From Macrostomum lignano (lineage: Eukaryota): a stretch of DNA of 64,000 bases. The first letter of the stretch is position 1; each line of letters begins with the position of its first letter. Positions 48,129 through 60,169 of this stretch are shown here, piece by piece. The notes beneath the pieces are model-generated. The model ran no database searches and was not told the DNA's origin. It was given only the letters and a program-made list of their open reading frames with translations. A program made the position numbers and the translations under genes. Where the stretch lies: assembly GCA_002269645.1 (NCBI GenBank), contig NIVC01003776.1:1-64000 (forward strand), read 5' to 3'.

Positions 48129-51100
48129 CTAAATATCGATACTTCGCCCCGATCCCGCTGCCCCGTTCCGGTCGAGTGTCATGGAAGCGTAGGCCCTGAC
48201 TGAGTTGCCCAGACCGCTATCGAGCGTCGTGTCAGCTGGGGTGGCATTGCCGCATCCGCCAGCGCTGTACAACGGAATCCTGGGCAAGGTGGTGCAGTGC
48301 TGCTGCTGACGATAGCCGCCCGGATGTCCGCAGTGCTGATGATAGCCCGCCTGCTGGTTGCCATGGTGCAGGCAGGTTGGCGGACCCTTGCCGATAGCAT
48401 CAATTGGCGTCTGCATCGGCGTGTCCTCGTCGTTGCCAGCGTTGGCGCCAGCCGATCCGCTCATTCGAAGGCGTCGCGCCGCCGACATGATGATCCGTCT
48501 GCGATATACTACTATGATTAGGCCGCTCAGTAGGGCTAGCAGCACTAGCAGGATTAGAATGATGATGATTACTTGGCTAGTGCTGAGGCACATGCTGTAT
48601 TTGCACACCGCGTCGGCTGAAAGATTATTCACACACTATTGTAATGCTCAACACATGCAGTTCGAAGTTTAACTAACTACGAGCTACGCTAGGCAGTGTC
48701 TATCTAGTACACTCTGCGCCCAGGGGGTTGACCCTCAAAGTCTAAATTCCTGTGGTCTCCTACGGAATGGAAGCCCAGACCCAATCGTCAACCAGTTCAC
48801 GATCTGCAGTAGGCATTCTTACAGATTTCCGACCGCTTCGCTTGATGCTTTGCGATGACTACCAAACGGATTTCTTCGTCAAGTTCTCTGACACCAAAGT
48901 CGGGACTGCGTTTGGTCATTTTTTCCGGTTTGCAAGCAGTTTTCTGGAATCGGAAGTATGCGTGCATGTACACATGAGTATAGGCTATAGAGTCACGGAT
49001 ATATATATATATATATATATATGAGTCAGCCGCCATGGATAACCCCAGGACGGAACCAAACCACAGGTAGAACCCACCGGATCGCAGAAAATCGACTCCG
49101 ATTCCTGGCAAATCCGAACAGTGCACGCAAAGTACACGGTCGGCAAAGAGCCGCCCAGACGAAAAGCTGGAAAACTGCCTGTCTGCTGCAGATGCAAACC
49201 TGTGCCCTGGCGGGGACTTTGAAAGCTCGCATTGAAACCGGACTTTGGTACTGCGGATCTGCGATGGATGTTGGTGAGGTAGTGTTTTTAGGCTTCATCA
49301 TGATTGGTAGGATACCACACTTAAGGCGCTCCTATGTTGGCTGCATGCTATAAAAAGAAATGACGCAGGCCACCGACTAACCATTTCTAAATCTGCTTAA
49401 CTTGCAGTAAACTTATTTGATATTTAGCACAAGCTCTTTAAAAATATGAATCGATTACATGAGCATCGAGTCTAGAAGTCCAAAAAATGAAAAAAGTTAA
49501 TTAGTAGCCCTGGGGCGTCGCCATAGACAAATCCAAGAATTCTGCATTACTAAATTCCTGCATTATTTTTAAAACTGGTGTTGCTAGCACTCATTTTAGC
49601 GCCGCAGACACTCATTTTGGCGCCACAGGCACTCATTTTAGCGCCACAGGCACCTACTTCTGGCGACGCAGGCACTCATTTTAGCGCCGCAGACACACTC
49701 ATTTTGGCGCTGCAGGCACTCATTTTAGCGCCGCAGACAGACATTCATTTTGGCGCTGCAGGCACTCATTTTAGCGCCGCAGGCACACACTCATTTTGGC
49801 GCCGCAGGCACTCATTTTAGCGCCGCAGACAGACACTCATTTTGGCGACGCAGGCACTCATTTTAGCGCCGCAGACAGACACTCATTTTGGCGACGCAGG
49901 CACTCATTTTAGCGCCGCAGACAGACACTCATTTTAGCGCCGCAGACAGACACTCATTTTAGCGCCGCAGACACTCATTTTGGCGCCACAGGCACTCATT
50001 TTAGCGCCACAGGCACCTACTTCTGGCGACGCAGGCACTCATTTTAGCGCCGCAGACACACTCATTTTGGCGCTGCAGGCACTCATTTTAGCGCCGCAGA
50101 CAGACATTCATTTTGGCGCTGCAGGCACTCATTTTAGCGCCGCAGGCACACACTCATTTTGGCGCCGCAGGCACTCATTTTAGCGCCGCAGACAGACACT
50201 CATTTTGGCGACGCAGGCACTCATTTTAGCGCCGCAGACAGACACTCATTTTAGCGTCGCAGACAGACACTCATTTTGGCGCCGCGACACATTTTGGCGC
50301 CGCAGGCACTCATTTTAGCTATATTTTGGTGCCCTGAAGTAAAATTATTGATTTTTACAACGGGTCACAAGGTGGGGTAAGGGTGACAAAGCATTGGCAT
50401 GTCCCCCCCATAGCTTTTACTGGGGGGGGGGCATGTCCCCCTGTCCCCCCAGGTGGCGAAGCAACTGTTAATAGCTTTTCTGTTCGAATATTTCTGTATT
50501 TTCAAGTTGATCAAATTAGGGTTTACTGATTTCGAGCTATCTGTTTAACCATTCCCAGAAAATGTTCGACATGAGCTACGGTTTATAACGGTGGATTTTT
50601 GATAAAAAATATAATTGCTACGCTGAACTATAAATTGCAGACAATGGGATTACGAGAGCAAATCTACAGGGAGGAAAATTCTACGACAAAAGTAAGTATA
50701 AATAAATATATACACTGCAGTCCTGTAGGTAGCATTGGGCATTTTTCTGGCAATTTCCGTTGGCAAATAGACCGCGGGGTACTGCCTCAGCCCGCTCCTG
50801 GGGTACCTTCGTATTCTCCCGCTGCCAGAGCCCAGTGCAGCGAGATGCAGGAGCCCTACAGCCCTATGCTCAGCCAGCCGCATATGCTCAAGTTTCACCA
50901 GGCCCGCTTGCATAGGAGCTATAAAAAAACTAGCAAATTTGAACGTATCTAATGTGGTATTTTGCTCCGCAATCGAGCGGAATAGCTCTTAATGGGGGAA
51001 TAGAATTTTTTTAGTAAAAAGACTTGACAAAATTGCTACAAAGCAACCATTTGGTTAAGTAGGGATATAATATCATCCAGGAATCTAATTTCAATGTCCG

Positions 51101-54100
51101 CGCGGTCTGCCAGCTAATTTGCTTCTTGTTTCAAAATGATTGCGATTTTGTTCAAAATGACTTTAGTTTTTTAAATTCGCGTGGGCTAATTTCAGGTCAC
51201 GACTGAAAACTAGTCATACGAGGAGGAAAATACTCATGCTCACGCAGATCCCAGATACTGTATGCAGGCACACTCTCGCACAGATCCCGGATACTGTATG
51301 CAGGCACACTCTCGCACAGATCCCGAATACTATATGCAGGCACACTCTCACACAGATCCCGGATACTGTATGCAGGCATACTCTCACACAGATCCCGGAT
51401 ACTGTATGCAGGCATACTCTCACACAGATCCCGGATACTGTACGCAGGCACACTCTCACACAGATCCCGGATACTGTATGCAGGCACACTCTCACACAGA
51501 TCCCGGATACTGTATGCAGGCACACTCTCACACAGATCCCGGATACTGTATGCAAGCGCACTCTCACACAGATCCCGGATACTGTATGCAGGCACACTCT
51601 CACACAGATCCTGGATACTGTATGCAGGCATACTCTCACATAGATCCCGGATACTGTATGCAGGCACACTCTCGCACAGATCCCGAATACTGTATGCAGG
51701 CACACTCTCGCACAGATCCCGGATACTATATGCAGGCACACTCTCACACAGATCCCGGATACTGTATGCAGGCACACTCTCACACAGATCCCGGATACTG
51801 TATGCAGGCACACTCTCGCACAGATCCCGATATAGCTCGTACCAACCCCGCTCAAAAATGATAGTTACGCATCTTAAACTCATTTTTATTGCACGAAGCG
51901 GATTTAAATGCAAAGCTCGGTGATTTGCATGAGAATCTACTATAAAAGTTCCAAAGCGAAATCAGCATATTTAGGATCCGATCATTTCATGTTGGCACTG
52001 AAGCAGACATCAAAGTTAAATAGGACCAAATCTCTTCGTGTTTGTAGCAATTCTGTGATGTGATCCGCATGAACATGACCTAAAATTTGATGTTGGCTTC
52101 TAGCTCGTATGATGCACTATCACTCTCTCATTTTGTTTTGGTGATAAATTAGCATATGAAAATATCCCGGTATTGAGTCAACTTAGGGGTACTCAAATAC
52201 AATAGTCCTCCTTCAACTTTAACCCTCTGACTCACCCTCCGCAGTCGATCAACTTTGTAGATCCGGTGCTTTTAGTCCTGGGCGCTGCCGCAACAGTGCA
52301 TTGTTTCACCAATAGCCTTGTGTAGCCGTCTGAAATTGCCGGATTTTTGTTGTTGCTAAACAATTTAGTATACGTGGACTAGCCATGGCCCCTTATCAAA
52401 ATTAGCACTTTCGATGGCCCAGTTATCATGCACTTAATGTTCGATAGCTGATTCTCATATAGTCTACTTCTATCCAGTCTGAGATTTTATAGGTAAAGTT
52501 CCAGGACACTTTCTAGACAACGTTCCTGGACGTTTTATGGATGCTTAGTTGTAGCCTAGATATTTAAGACATTTAACTCTGCATTGCTTCAGTTCACCCA
52601 GCTGTAAAATGAATGCTTTCAGAGTATATTTTCTGGGGCGTTTAATTTCAGAGTAGATTAACTCGGCGTTTAACTTGACGACATTCATGGTCTCTGGTTG
52701 GTTTCTGTTCGTAGGATAAAATCAGTGGTCGTGAAGTTTTTTTAGATAGATATGGGCAATTTTTGTTTGGCTACAGCAGTCCCTTTTTGACTGCAGTTGC
52801 AGCTAGGTGTGCTCTGTATATAGTCCCTGCGCCCTTAAATGTACCGTAGATGTTAGTCCTGTTATATGTTTCTTCGTTTTGTTGCGTCTAAGTATATGAT
52901 AATCGCACACACGCACTCTGAATAGTTTCTAAATAGCATGCGACGAAACATTGGACCCGGTTGTTATAAATCATGCAGCGTACATGCTCGTGCACGCATA
53001 TAAAAGCTTTCCGAGGTCTCCATAAGTAAATTGAAGGCCCAGGTAAATGAATACACGGGAAGGCTGAAACTTCAGCCCAACTACACAGGAAGTTCTGCCA
53101 AATTACTGAGCATGCTAACCAAGCCTATACTTAGATTACGGAACACATAGCTAAGGCCAAATGCATAGCAACGCCGATCTCAAACAGCATCCTGTCTGTC
53201 TCACGATTGACCCGCCTAATTAAAGGTTCGAAGATCTAAGAATCACATAATAATAATAAAGTTCTCTCACCAGTGGTATCTCGGAGGAGAATCTCGAGCT
53301 GGATTGGGTCCTCCTCTTCAATTTCGCTAACTGAGAATCCGGACCTGTTTAATACTCGAAGCCAGAGAGCCAGGCCGGATATAACCTTTGGCGGCAGGTC
53401 CCAACCAGACGGATTCTGTTGACCTGTTCTGAAACCGGAATAAACGCGCTTTCAGAGTAGAAATTTGGTGAAAGAAACTTGTTTGAGCCACTTTCTTTGT
53501 AGGAAAATGGACAGTTTCGGAAAATGCGGAGTGCTAATTTTCAGTATCCCTTCTTTAATTAGAGGCAGGGGTTGTGTGCACCCTGGCGCACTTTAAGCGA
53601 CATTGTCACACAACCGGCGAGGGGCATTGCCGCCCATTCCGCCGCTCCCCTGAGCAGGCACACAAGCGCGCGGATACGTACGCAGTCATACGCACAGGCA
53701 CACACTCACACTCACACAGCGGCCCTAACTTTATTTATCGTCAGGCATGTACACTTCACTGTGCCTTGGGGGTTGGCCCTCAAGCTGGGCGTTAATTGCA
53801 CGAGCAGAGCCAAGCCGAGATTCCAATTCAGCCCCAAATTAATGGGACTGCACTTGGAATCGAGCCTGGGCCGCTGGCACATCAGATACAGTCTTTTCTT
53901 TAAGGAAACGGGAGCGCCAGTTAAAAATTCCACGGAACTAGGGGTTTTAATGGTGTTTGGCGGATTAGTCTGGGATAATTTTAAATTAAATTTTGGATAA
54001 ATATGTCTTCAGTGATGTCAGGTGAAGTGGAAACAAAAATTCTCTCGGAGTTTTTAAACTCCCTTACCTCGATTTAATCTTTGAATCCATGGAGTCGTTA

Positions 54101-57100
54101 TAGCCGAGTTGCTGGGCAGTCACTGTGCACATAAGGCCCACAACAATGTCCGGATAGGTGTAGAAGTTCCGGTTCCACAGCACCCGAAGTGTGGCTTTCA
54201 GCACCTTCTGGTTCGCTGTGTGGCTCTGAATGAAGTGACCAGAAAATATAATATTGTGCGCTAGTTAGCTGACTTATTGCGCTGCTGTAATTTAAGGCGA
54301 CGATCGACCCACAGAAAGCAGTTGTACTTTTGTATCCGCTGAGCCTTAAGCACAGAACTCTATTTTACGCTATCGACAATGAAAAGCAAATATTTAATCG
54401 CTTGATTCTCCCGCTTGCTCCTGAACTCAACCGGCTATACTTCAAATACTCACCTGTCGAGTTACGGTGACAGCTCGACCGCCGCAGGCAGTGTCTGAGT
54501 CTAGTCGCAGTTCAGCTTTGTATTTCCCTCCGCTGGCTTCACGAAGTTGGCATACGGAGGCCTCTGGCCCCTGACGGTAGCCGTCAATGTAGGCAATGGA
54601 GTCGCCACTTCGCAGTCTGCTTAACAACTCGTTGTAGGGCGGCTTCGGGTAGCCAGGATCGAACGTCACCTCCATTAGGCCATTGCCGCAACTGACGGTT
54701 ACTATGGAGACAGTTTATTTTGCGTGGGTGATAAAATTATTTTAACAAGACAGATGCAGAGCTTTGACGAGTGTCTAAAAACACTTTTTTTGACTGCGCT
54801 AAGGTAAAAGTTTGGGGTACATCTCGAGAGTCAGTAGTCATTTATCAAGGAACTCAGGAATTGGACGTCAGGATGGCACCCATTAAAGACGGGCGCCAAC
54901 TAACCCGATACGGAAGTCGGATAAAGAGCGCAACACTCAGGAGCGAGCTAAACTGAGCAAAACTGTCATTTTCTACAGAAAATGAAGCAGCCAGTCCATC
55001 TCAACCAACTCAAACTCCAATTCATAGGCTACAATTTCAAAGGTTTCGTTGCCTTACAAAGCGACTTCTCTGTAGAAGCAGGAGAAAATAACCAGGGAGA
55101 CTTGTGCGACAAAAAGCGAGTATGGAGTCAAACATTTTTTTCGCACTCCTACCCACAGAAGCCGAAAGTCATTAATCAGATTATTGCATCTCGCGGCCGG
55201 CGTTGGACCCGTTGAGAGCTGACGACTCTCTGGTTATTTGATTTCTCTCTCCTTCTCTAGTTCTTCTTCTTTTTTCTCTGACTCCACCCAGTCTTTTGCG
55301 CTAGACAAAATCAGTCAGTCTGGAAATTTACACGCTTGCATAGAGAGAAAATATAGCACCGCACTGGCCGCCGACTTGATTGGATTGCTAAATAGTGGAT
55401 GGAGCATAAACCCGTTTGACTTCTCTTCTCGTCTCGACTGGCGTTGTTTTTTCTTCTAATCTAACAGAACGCCTATCGTTCTGCGAGACCTGGCGTGGGG
55501 ACCTAGACGCTGGCAGACTCTTAGAAACAGCAAGTTCAAGCGACGTGTTGCGTTTTAGTCGACTCCAGCTGGCAGGCTTTACAACCGCCAAGTCGTACTG
55601 CCTACAGCCGGTGTAAAGGGTGCGCGACCTTGGGTCGGCAGCACGGACTACGCTTACGTTCAGGATCTTAGGCGCACCCTGCGACGCTGGTGCTTTCTAA
55701 GAACTAATTGACAGCATAGTATTGCGTTGTTGTTGTTGTTGTTGTTTTACAGCATACCGAAATACATCAGTAACTTTCTGTCGAAAACCGCATTTGATTC
55801 GAGTACAGGGCACGGGAGCTATAGCCCTTGAAAATAAGCAGAAATTGTTCTAAATGATTTTAAGCGTTGATTTTGTCATAAATACGAGTAATATTTATGT
55901 AATTTTCTCGAGGCCTTCGACGACATCCTCCCACAACCAGCGCTGAGGCAATTCTGCCCATTTCGCTGACTCCTGAGCACATACAAGCGCGCCAATACAG
56001 TAAGCAGGCATGCAATCATACACACGCTCACACAGGGTGTACACCGGCCCAGACTTTCTAATCGTCAGGTGTGTACACTCTGTAAGCCCCAAATGAAGGT
56101 GGTCGCGCACAGAATCGAACCACCTGGGGTCTCCACGAATTCTCTGCCCTGGTCGATGGCCGGTCGAGTATTCCCTACCCGGTTAGACAGTGATGAATAT
56201 CTGTTAACGAGGTGATCCATCATTTTTGCAGCCCTTGCAGGTGACATTACTAATTAGAAATTTTCTATAAATTTCTGGTCTCGTCAACACGCAAAGATAT
56301 GTTTTGTTTCGCAAAAATGTTTATCCATCCCTTTTCTTGCTTCATTCTAAGAATTTGAGAAGAATATAGGAAAAAGACAACTCAGGAAATAGCTTTCTTT
56401 ATTCAGCCAAACAAAGACTAATGAGACTGTTGACTTGAAGAAACACGAACTGGACAAGATTTAAGGCAGCCTGGGGGCAATTTTTGCCATTTTTGCTGTC
56501 TTCGATTTTTTAATAAGGAGAAAAAGAGGAATCAAAGATCTCTTAATTCATCAGGGAACATGAAAATAAAGTCTCTTTATTTCTCTTACCGTGGTGCCGG
56601 GAGCACCGCTTTGCTCCTTTGCCCGCGGGAGTGGACAGCTGTTTTGGACACAGACATCCTGGCCTGCTGTAGTTGCTAGGGGAATAACAGGTGCCGTAAG
56701 GATCTGAATCTGCGCATTCTTTGCACCGGTCCAACTCTTTTTTGAGCACTTCGACTGAAACAAGATTTTTTGCGGGTAAAGGGTGTTGAATTACAAACAG
56801 ATAATAAAGTCTAATACCGATACGTGGTTTAAATATTTGAATGCATTTCAGATCAACTTTCATGCGCTTTGGGTATAAGGGTTGCGCTTTAGAGGTGTCA
56901 GTGACGCCAACTCTAAGGGTGTCAGTGACGTCACTTTAAGATTCTTAGTGACGTCACTTTAATCGTGTCAGTGACGTCACGTTAAGGGTGTCAGTTACGT
57001 CACGTTAAGGGTGTCAGTAACGTCCCTTTAAGGGTATAAGTGACGTCACTTTAATCGTGTCAGTGACGTCATTTTAAGGATGTCAGTAACGTCACTTTAA

Positions 57101-59730
57101 GGGTGGCAGTGACGCCAACTTTGTACGGTGAAAGGGACAGTTAAAAAGGTCCTTCGACAAGGTATAAAACGAAATGAAAAAGGCAGAGCTCATTATCAAG
57201 CTGCCTTGTCATTAATTACTCTGTATTGGATAGCTTAGAGTAAACAAACTCTTACAGCACTCGTAGTACTTCAGCCAGGGCTGGTAAACTGCCACGTGAC
57301 CTTCGGGCATTGGCATTTTCTGAAATCTGCTTCAGTGTCTCGCAGCTTCTGGCATGCGGCTCGCTTGCTGCGGCAGAATAAGGTTTTGTTGTCGCATACT
57401 CCGTCAATATCGCCTGTGTTTGGGGTGGACATTGGATTGGAGAATAGGGTAGAGAACGAATTGTATAGTACGTTAGAGTAGAGTGGATCAAACAACTGAG
57501 GAACAGGGGAGAATTAATTAGCTGAGTAGATAGGGATTAACTAGAGGAGTAGAGAGTGGATCAGAGCCCCTGCGGCGGTACTTACGCAGCTTAGTTGAGC
57601 ACACTGGGCGGCCCCAATGGTCCGAGCCGCCCGAGTGCCGGGGAACTCCGCGATTATCCGGACACGAGCAGCTGAGTCGAAAAGTCGAGCCGTCTTCTGT
57701 CAGCAGCGGGCCGTTGCTCCTGGTTTGAATTGAATGGATTGCTAGTCTAGCCAAACAGCAACTATTAAGATGTGGATTGCTTATCTACCGTCTAAAACCA
57801 ACTCAAAATTTATTTAGAACTTAAGGTTTGCTGTGTAGAGCAGCTACCGTCTTCCTCTACGATCGACATCTAGAACTTTCACTCGAGCAATCCTCGCGAC
57901 AAACATTCAATTAAAATTCAGCTCCACCGCTACCGTGGGGCTACTTGAGATGCTGCTCAGCTCGGACAGCCCAGAAGAGGAGAAAAGAAAAAAGTTTTTT
58001 TGTCAAGCAGAAGGCGGCACCAGCAACAGGAGTAATTTTACAGAGAGGAAACAGAATCTCCCCGTGGTAGAAAAGTTTTGAAAATTAAAGTCGCGAAAGA
58101 GGAATCTGCGAAGAAGCGTGAGCTTGGTCAGGCTTGGTTCAGTGTTTGAGCCCCGGGCACAAGTGCTAATTTGAGGTCAGTTTTAGAACTCCCATACCTA
58201 CTGGATGCCGAGAACCTGGGTCCACTTCTTTCAAAAACTACTAGAAATTTAATACAGTAGTGTTTAGAACCGGTAAGTTAACAATCAGCTGGGAAACTTA
58301 AAACTTTGACCATAGTATCATGCATCAGACTGCGGCTCTTTTGAACCTTAAGAAAATTTAACTTTCCGTCAATTCTTGAGCTGTAAGTAAAATATGGGTA
58401 CTCTTGGTCCTGATAGACAGAGCAAGCAGGGGTCCTATAGAATCTCTTAGATGGACGATTCCATGACTGATTGAGGAAGCTGGGGTCCTATAGAATCTCT
58501 TAGATGGACGATTCCATGACTGATTGAGGAAGCTGGGGTCCTATAGAATCTCTTAGATGGACGATTCCATGACTGATTGAGGAAGCTGGGGTCCTATAGA
58601 CTCTCTTAGATGGACGATTCCATGACTGATTGAGGAAGCTGGGGTCCTATAGACTCTCTTAGATGGACGATTCCATGACTGATTGAGGAAGCTGGGGTCC
58701 TATAGACTCTCTTAGATGGACGATTCCATGACTGATTGAGGAAGCTGGGGTCCTATAGACTCTCTTAGATGGACGATTCCATGACTGATTGAGGAAGCTG
58801 GGGTCCTATAGAATCTCTTAGATGGACGATTCCATGACTGATTGAGGAAGCTGGGGTCCTATAGACTCTCTTAGATGCACGATTCCATGACTGATTGAGG
58901 AAGCTGGGGTCCTATAGACTCTCTTAGATGGACGATTCCATGACTGATTGAGGAAGCTGGGGTCCTATAGACTCTCTTAGATGCACGATTCCATGACATG
59001 ACTGATTGAGGAAGTCCCAGAGGTCCTATAGTCAATCTTAGACGGACGATTCCATGACATGACTGATTGAGGAAGCTGGGGTTCCACGATACGCTCAGAA
59101 GCAACAATGCTTCATGTAGGATGTAGTTACAAAAGTTCAAAAAAAGTAAGTTCAACGTTTTTCTTCAAAACAGCGGCGTCATAAAAAGACCTAGCGAACT
59201 ACTTTGCGACCTGAAAATGCACCCAGCTCAGATGAACTCTGTCCAGAAAATCCGAGAAAATAGACTTGTTTTACAAGTTTACAACGCCATTAAAGGCTAG
59301 GAATGGGCAGCTACTTAAAATGTTTGCATAATAGGATGGAGTTTTATGACCTAAGCGCCGCACTGCCAGTCCATTAATTTTGTCGCAAAAATTTTTGGTA
59401 ATTTTTAAAACGAAACAGAATCTTAGATGATCTCTGTTTAAACAGGTAGGAACTGTCAGTCCTGATTTGAAAAGGACAGGCAATATGGCGCTGCAACTGC
59501 CGGCGTATGTTTGAAGGAAATGATTGAAAAAAAGACTTGAGGAAGAGAGGAGAAGTGAACTTTCAAGATGGAGCTAGGCTTCGCACGGAAATCAATGATC
59601 CCCAATATTGAAGGACTCTGCTGGGGATAGCGGACTCACTCGGACAGGTCCTCTTCTTTGAAGCAGACGCCGCCTTCCTCTGAGCAGAACTTGCAGTATT
59701 GATGGTCCCGTCCGCTGTTGTAGATCGGTT
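48129..59730 (-). CDS. EGF-like repeats + ZP (zona pellucida) domain single-pass membrane protein; 5' end not found; at least 665 aa
   Basis: Exons on -: 59640-59730, 57586-57719, 57256-57413 (one base missing at about 57300), 56590-56754, 54454-54701, 54068-54225, 53271-53428, 52236-52329, 49078-49258, 48823-48943, 48129-48616; all GT-AG and phase-compatible. ZP-N: VTVSCGNGLMEVTF..C..TACG, LRVLW...DIVVGLMC. ZP-C: LLVKQCTVAA...LIDCG, SFPAFRL...VYFACTVRIC. Basic site MTKRS, EHP-like EEIRLVVIA, TM helix VIIIILILLVLLALLSGLIIVVY followed by RRR. Confidence 0.82.
49509..50467. mobile_element. Probable hAT-like MITE with an internal minisatellite
   Basis: Ends CCTGGGGCGTCGCCA / TGGCGAAGCAACTG form an imperfect TIR. 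Flanks TTAGTAGC / TTAATAGC match 7 of 8. G/C-run subterminal motif at 50395-50455. Confidence 0.45.
49585..50320. repeat. 21-29-bp minisatellite with a 402-bp internal duplication
   Basis: GCACTCATTTTAGCGCCGCAG(ACAGAC) units; the same block recurs at offset 402. Confidence 0.92.
51243..51832. repeat. 36-bp minisatellite, ZP-gene intron
   Basis: (GCAGGCACACTCTCACACAGATCCCGGATACTGTAT)n. Confidence 0.95.
52551..52612 (+). mobile_element. Truncated SINE family B fragment
   Basis: GTAGCCTAG joined to AAGACATTTAACTCTGCATTGCTTCAGTTCACCCAGCTGTAAAATG, matching 47691-47823. Confidence 0.7.
53573..53886 (-). mobile_element. tRNA-derived SINE, family A copy (head truncated before the A box)
   Basis: Homologous to 404-724 and 46891-47208. 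Confidence 0.75.
56893..57118. repeat. ~23-bp minisatellite, ZP-gene intron
   Basis: GTGTCAGTGACGTCACTTTAAGG units containing the palindrome GTGACGTCAC. Confidence 0.9.
58428..59085. repeat. 53-bp minisatellite, ZP-gene intron
   Basis: (GGGTCCTATAGACTCTCTTAGATGGACGATTCCATGACTGATTGAGGAAGCTG)n. Confidence 0.95.
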
Positions 59731-60169
59731 CTGCAATGAGCGATTTGGAGACTTGCAGGCAACCGAGTTACTCTGCTGGGCCATATGTAGGAACTGCCAT
59801 CTGTCTGCATTAGGCGGAGAGAAATAACAAGTTTACAAGCCCGGGGCCCGCATTGTTGCAGATAATGAAGCCAACGGCTGTGCATAATTCATCAATCGAT
59901 TGTTAGGCGTGTGTTGGATCTAATTTCATTCTGCTCAAAATTTTTTCTTCTTCTAGCTTTGCTTCCGGCAATCTGTGAGAAAGACTGAAAAATACAGATT
60001 TGGAATTAGTATAGATTTCTGTTCAAATCGATGGTGAACAAAGCAGAAAAGTAAGTAGGACAGCGGCTTCCGTTGGTAAATACACAATTGCTTTAATTAT
60101 TGTTGACAAATAATAACATGCAAAAAAACATTCTCAAAAAATTTCTTTGGGTCATAGTAAAATCATGTA

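Noticed and set aside
50650-50952. 87-aa and 117-aa ORFs in a ZP-gene intron as an extra exon
   Set aside because: No recognisable domain, and the ZP model splices in frame without it (52236 to 49258).
1755-51913. Dozens of long repetitive ORFs (MTNL.., MHDHV.., ERVEADW.., SVRFTP.., QFPSCL.., SEQFPQH.., RDLCESVP..)
   Set aside because: They are translations of intronic minisatellites whose units happen to lack stops, are often open on both strands, and lie between defined splice sites.
54740-55700. Short plus- and minus-strand ORFs between the EGF and ZP exons
   Set aside because: They are interrupted by stops with no motif I recognise, and exon 56590 joins 54701 in phase. A decayed element or an alternative exon is possible but unsupported.
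57860-57990. Cys-containing frame VCREDCSSESSRC as the first half of the split EGF module
   Set aside because: It needs an extra indel and a weak donor. Exon 59640-59730 gives the same phase with a perfect GTGAGT donor and a better Cys pattern.
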